A DNA stretch of 33,054 nucleotides from a virus (taxonomy: Duplodnaviria > Caudoviricetes). The DNA lies in IMG/VR virus record IMGVR_UViG_3300016263_000255, positions 1 to 33,054 of that record, one strand, 5' to 3'. The notes beneath the pieces were generated by a model. That model ran no database searches. It saw only the letters and a program-made list of their open reading frames with translations, and had not been told where the DNA came from. Shown in pieces: positions 32,679 through 33,054 of this stretch. Both the position numbers and the translations under genes were made by a program. Position 1 is the first letter of the stretch, and each line of letters begins with the position of its first letter.

Positions 32679-33054
32679 ATGAATGATAAGAATCAGACTT
32701 TTGAAAAAAGTCACATATTTCAGGCGTTTATCGCTGCACAAAAAGAGTTTGGACCAGCTCTAAAGACCAGCACCAATCCACACTTTAGGTCACGTTATGC
32801 CGATCTATCAGCGTGTGTTGAGGCTGTAATCGATGCGCTAAATGCCAATGGTTTGGGACTAGTTCAGGTAACGCATCCCTGCGAGTCAGGAGTAAGCGTT
32901 GAAACAGTTTTGGTACATGAGTCAGGGCAAACTATGACAAGCGGCGTGTTGCATGTGCCAGCAAGCAAGCAAGATGCTCAGGGTTATGGCTCAGCACTAA
33001 CTTACGCCAGACGTTACTCGCTGATGGCGATCTGTGGCATAGCTCCAGAGGATG
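32679..33054 (+). CDS. erf: ERF-family single-strand annealing recombinase (3' truncated)
   Basis: KTSTNPHFRSRYADL...QDAQGYGSALTYARRYSLMAICGIAPED; runs off the window end. Confidence 0.9.
   Translation, partial: MNDKNQTFEKSHIFQAFIAAQKEFGPALKTSTNPHFRSRYADLSACVEAVIDALNANGLGLVQVTHPCESGVSVETVLVHESGQTMTSGVLHVPASKQDAQGYGSALTYARRYSLMAICGIAPED

Larger units (their letters stand above)
29437..32681 (+). repeat. Dispersed start-associated repeat TAAGGAGACTA(A/G)GAC(C/T)ATG, 7 near-exact and 2 degenerate copies
   Basis: Copies at 29437, 29648, 29867, 30165, 30457, 30785 and 31205; degenerate at 32377 and 32663. Each ends in the ATG of a gene. Confidence 0.92.

Noticed and set aside
1-33054. Genome-wide TAG recoding
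   Set aside because: TAG ends clearly complete genes (for example the SSB-like EDDIPF-TAG at 1334-1336), long genes are uninterrupted in code 11, and the only tRNA is Asn(GTT), not a suppressor.

Overview
The window is most of the genome of a small tailed dsDNA phage with podovirus-type, P22-like organisation. No integrase, DNA polymerase or tail tape-measure gene is visible. Layout: (1) 1-3379: tRNA-Asn, a minus-strand replication initiator with an internal iteron origin, an Xis-like HTH, then plus-strand SSB-like, nuclease-like, VRR-NUC and small genes. (2) 3376-28328: one long minus-strand late operon running terS, terL, portal, an accessory LamG module, scaffold, major capsid, decoration proteins, adaptor, tail hub, ejection proteins (one with a lytic transglycosylase), tail fibre, chaperone and lysis genes. 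(3) About 28330-29200: a packaging/switch region with an XRE-type HTH gene. (4) 29198-end: a plus-strand early array of small unknown genes, most preceded by the same 18-19 bp element (TAAGGAGACTA[A/G]GAC[C/T]ATG), then a cluster of envelope-targeted genes and an ERF recombinase cut off by the window end. The most notable unexplained features are the repeat-punctuated early gene array, an internal amber codon in one array gene, two late-operon hairpins with an identical loop but different stems, and several structured intergenic elements. All protein calls come from motif recognition and gene order; no database search was run.
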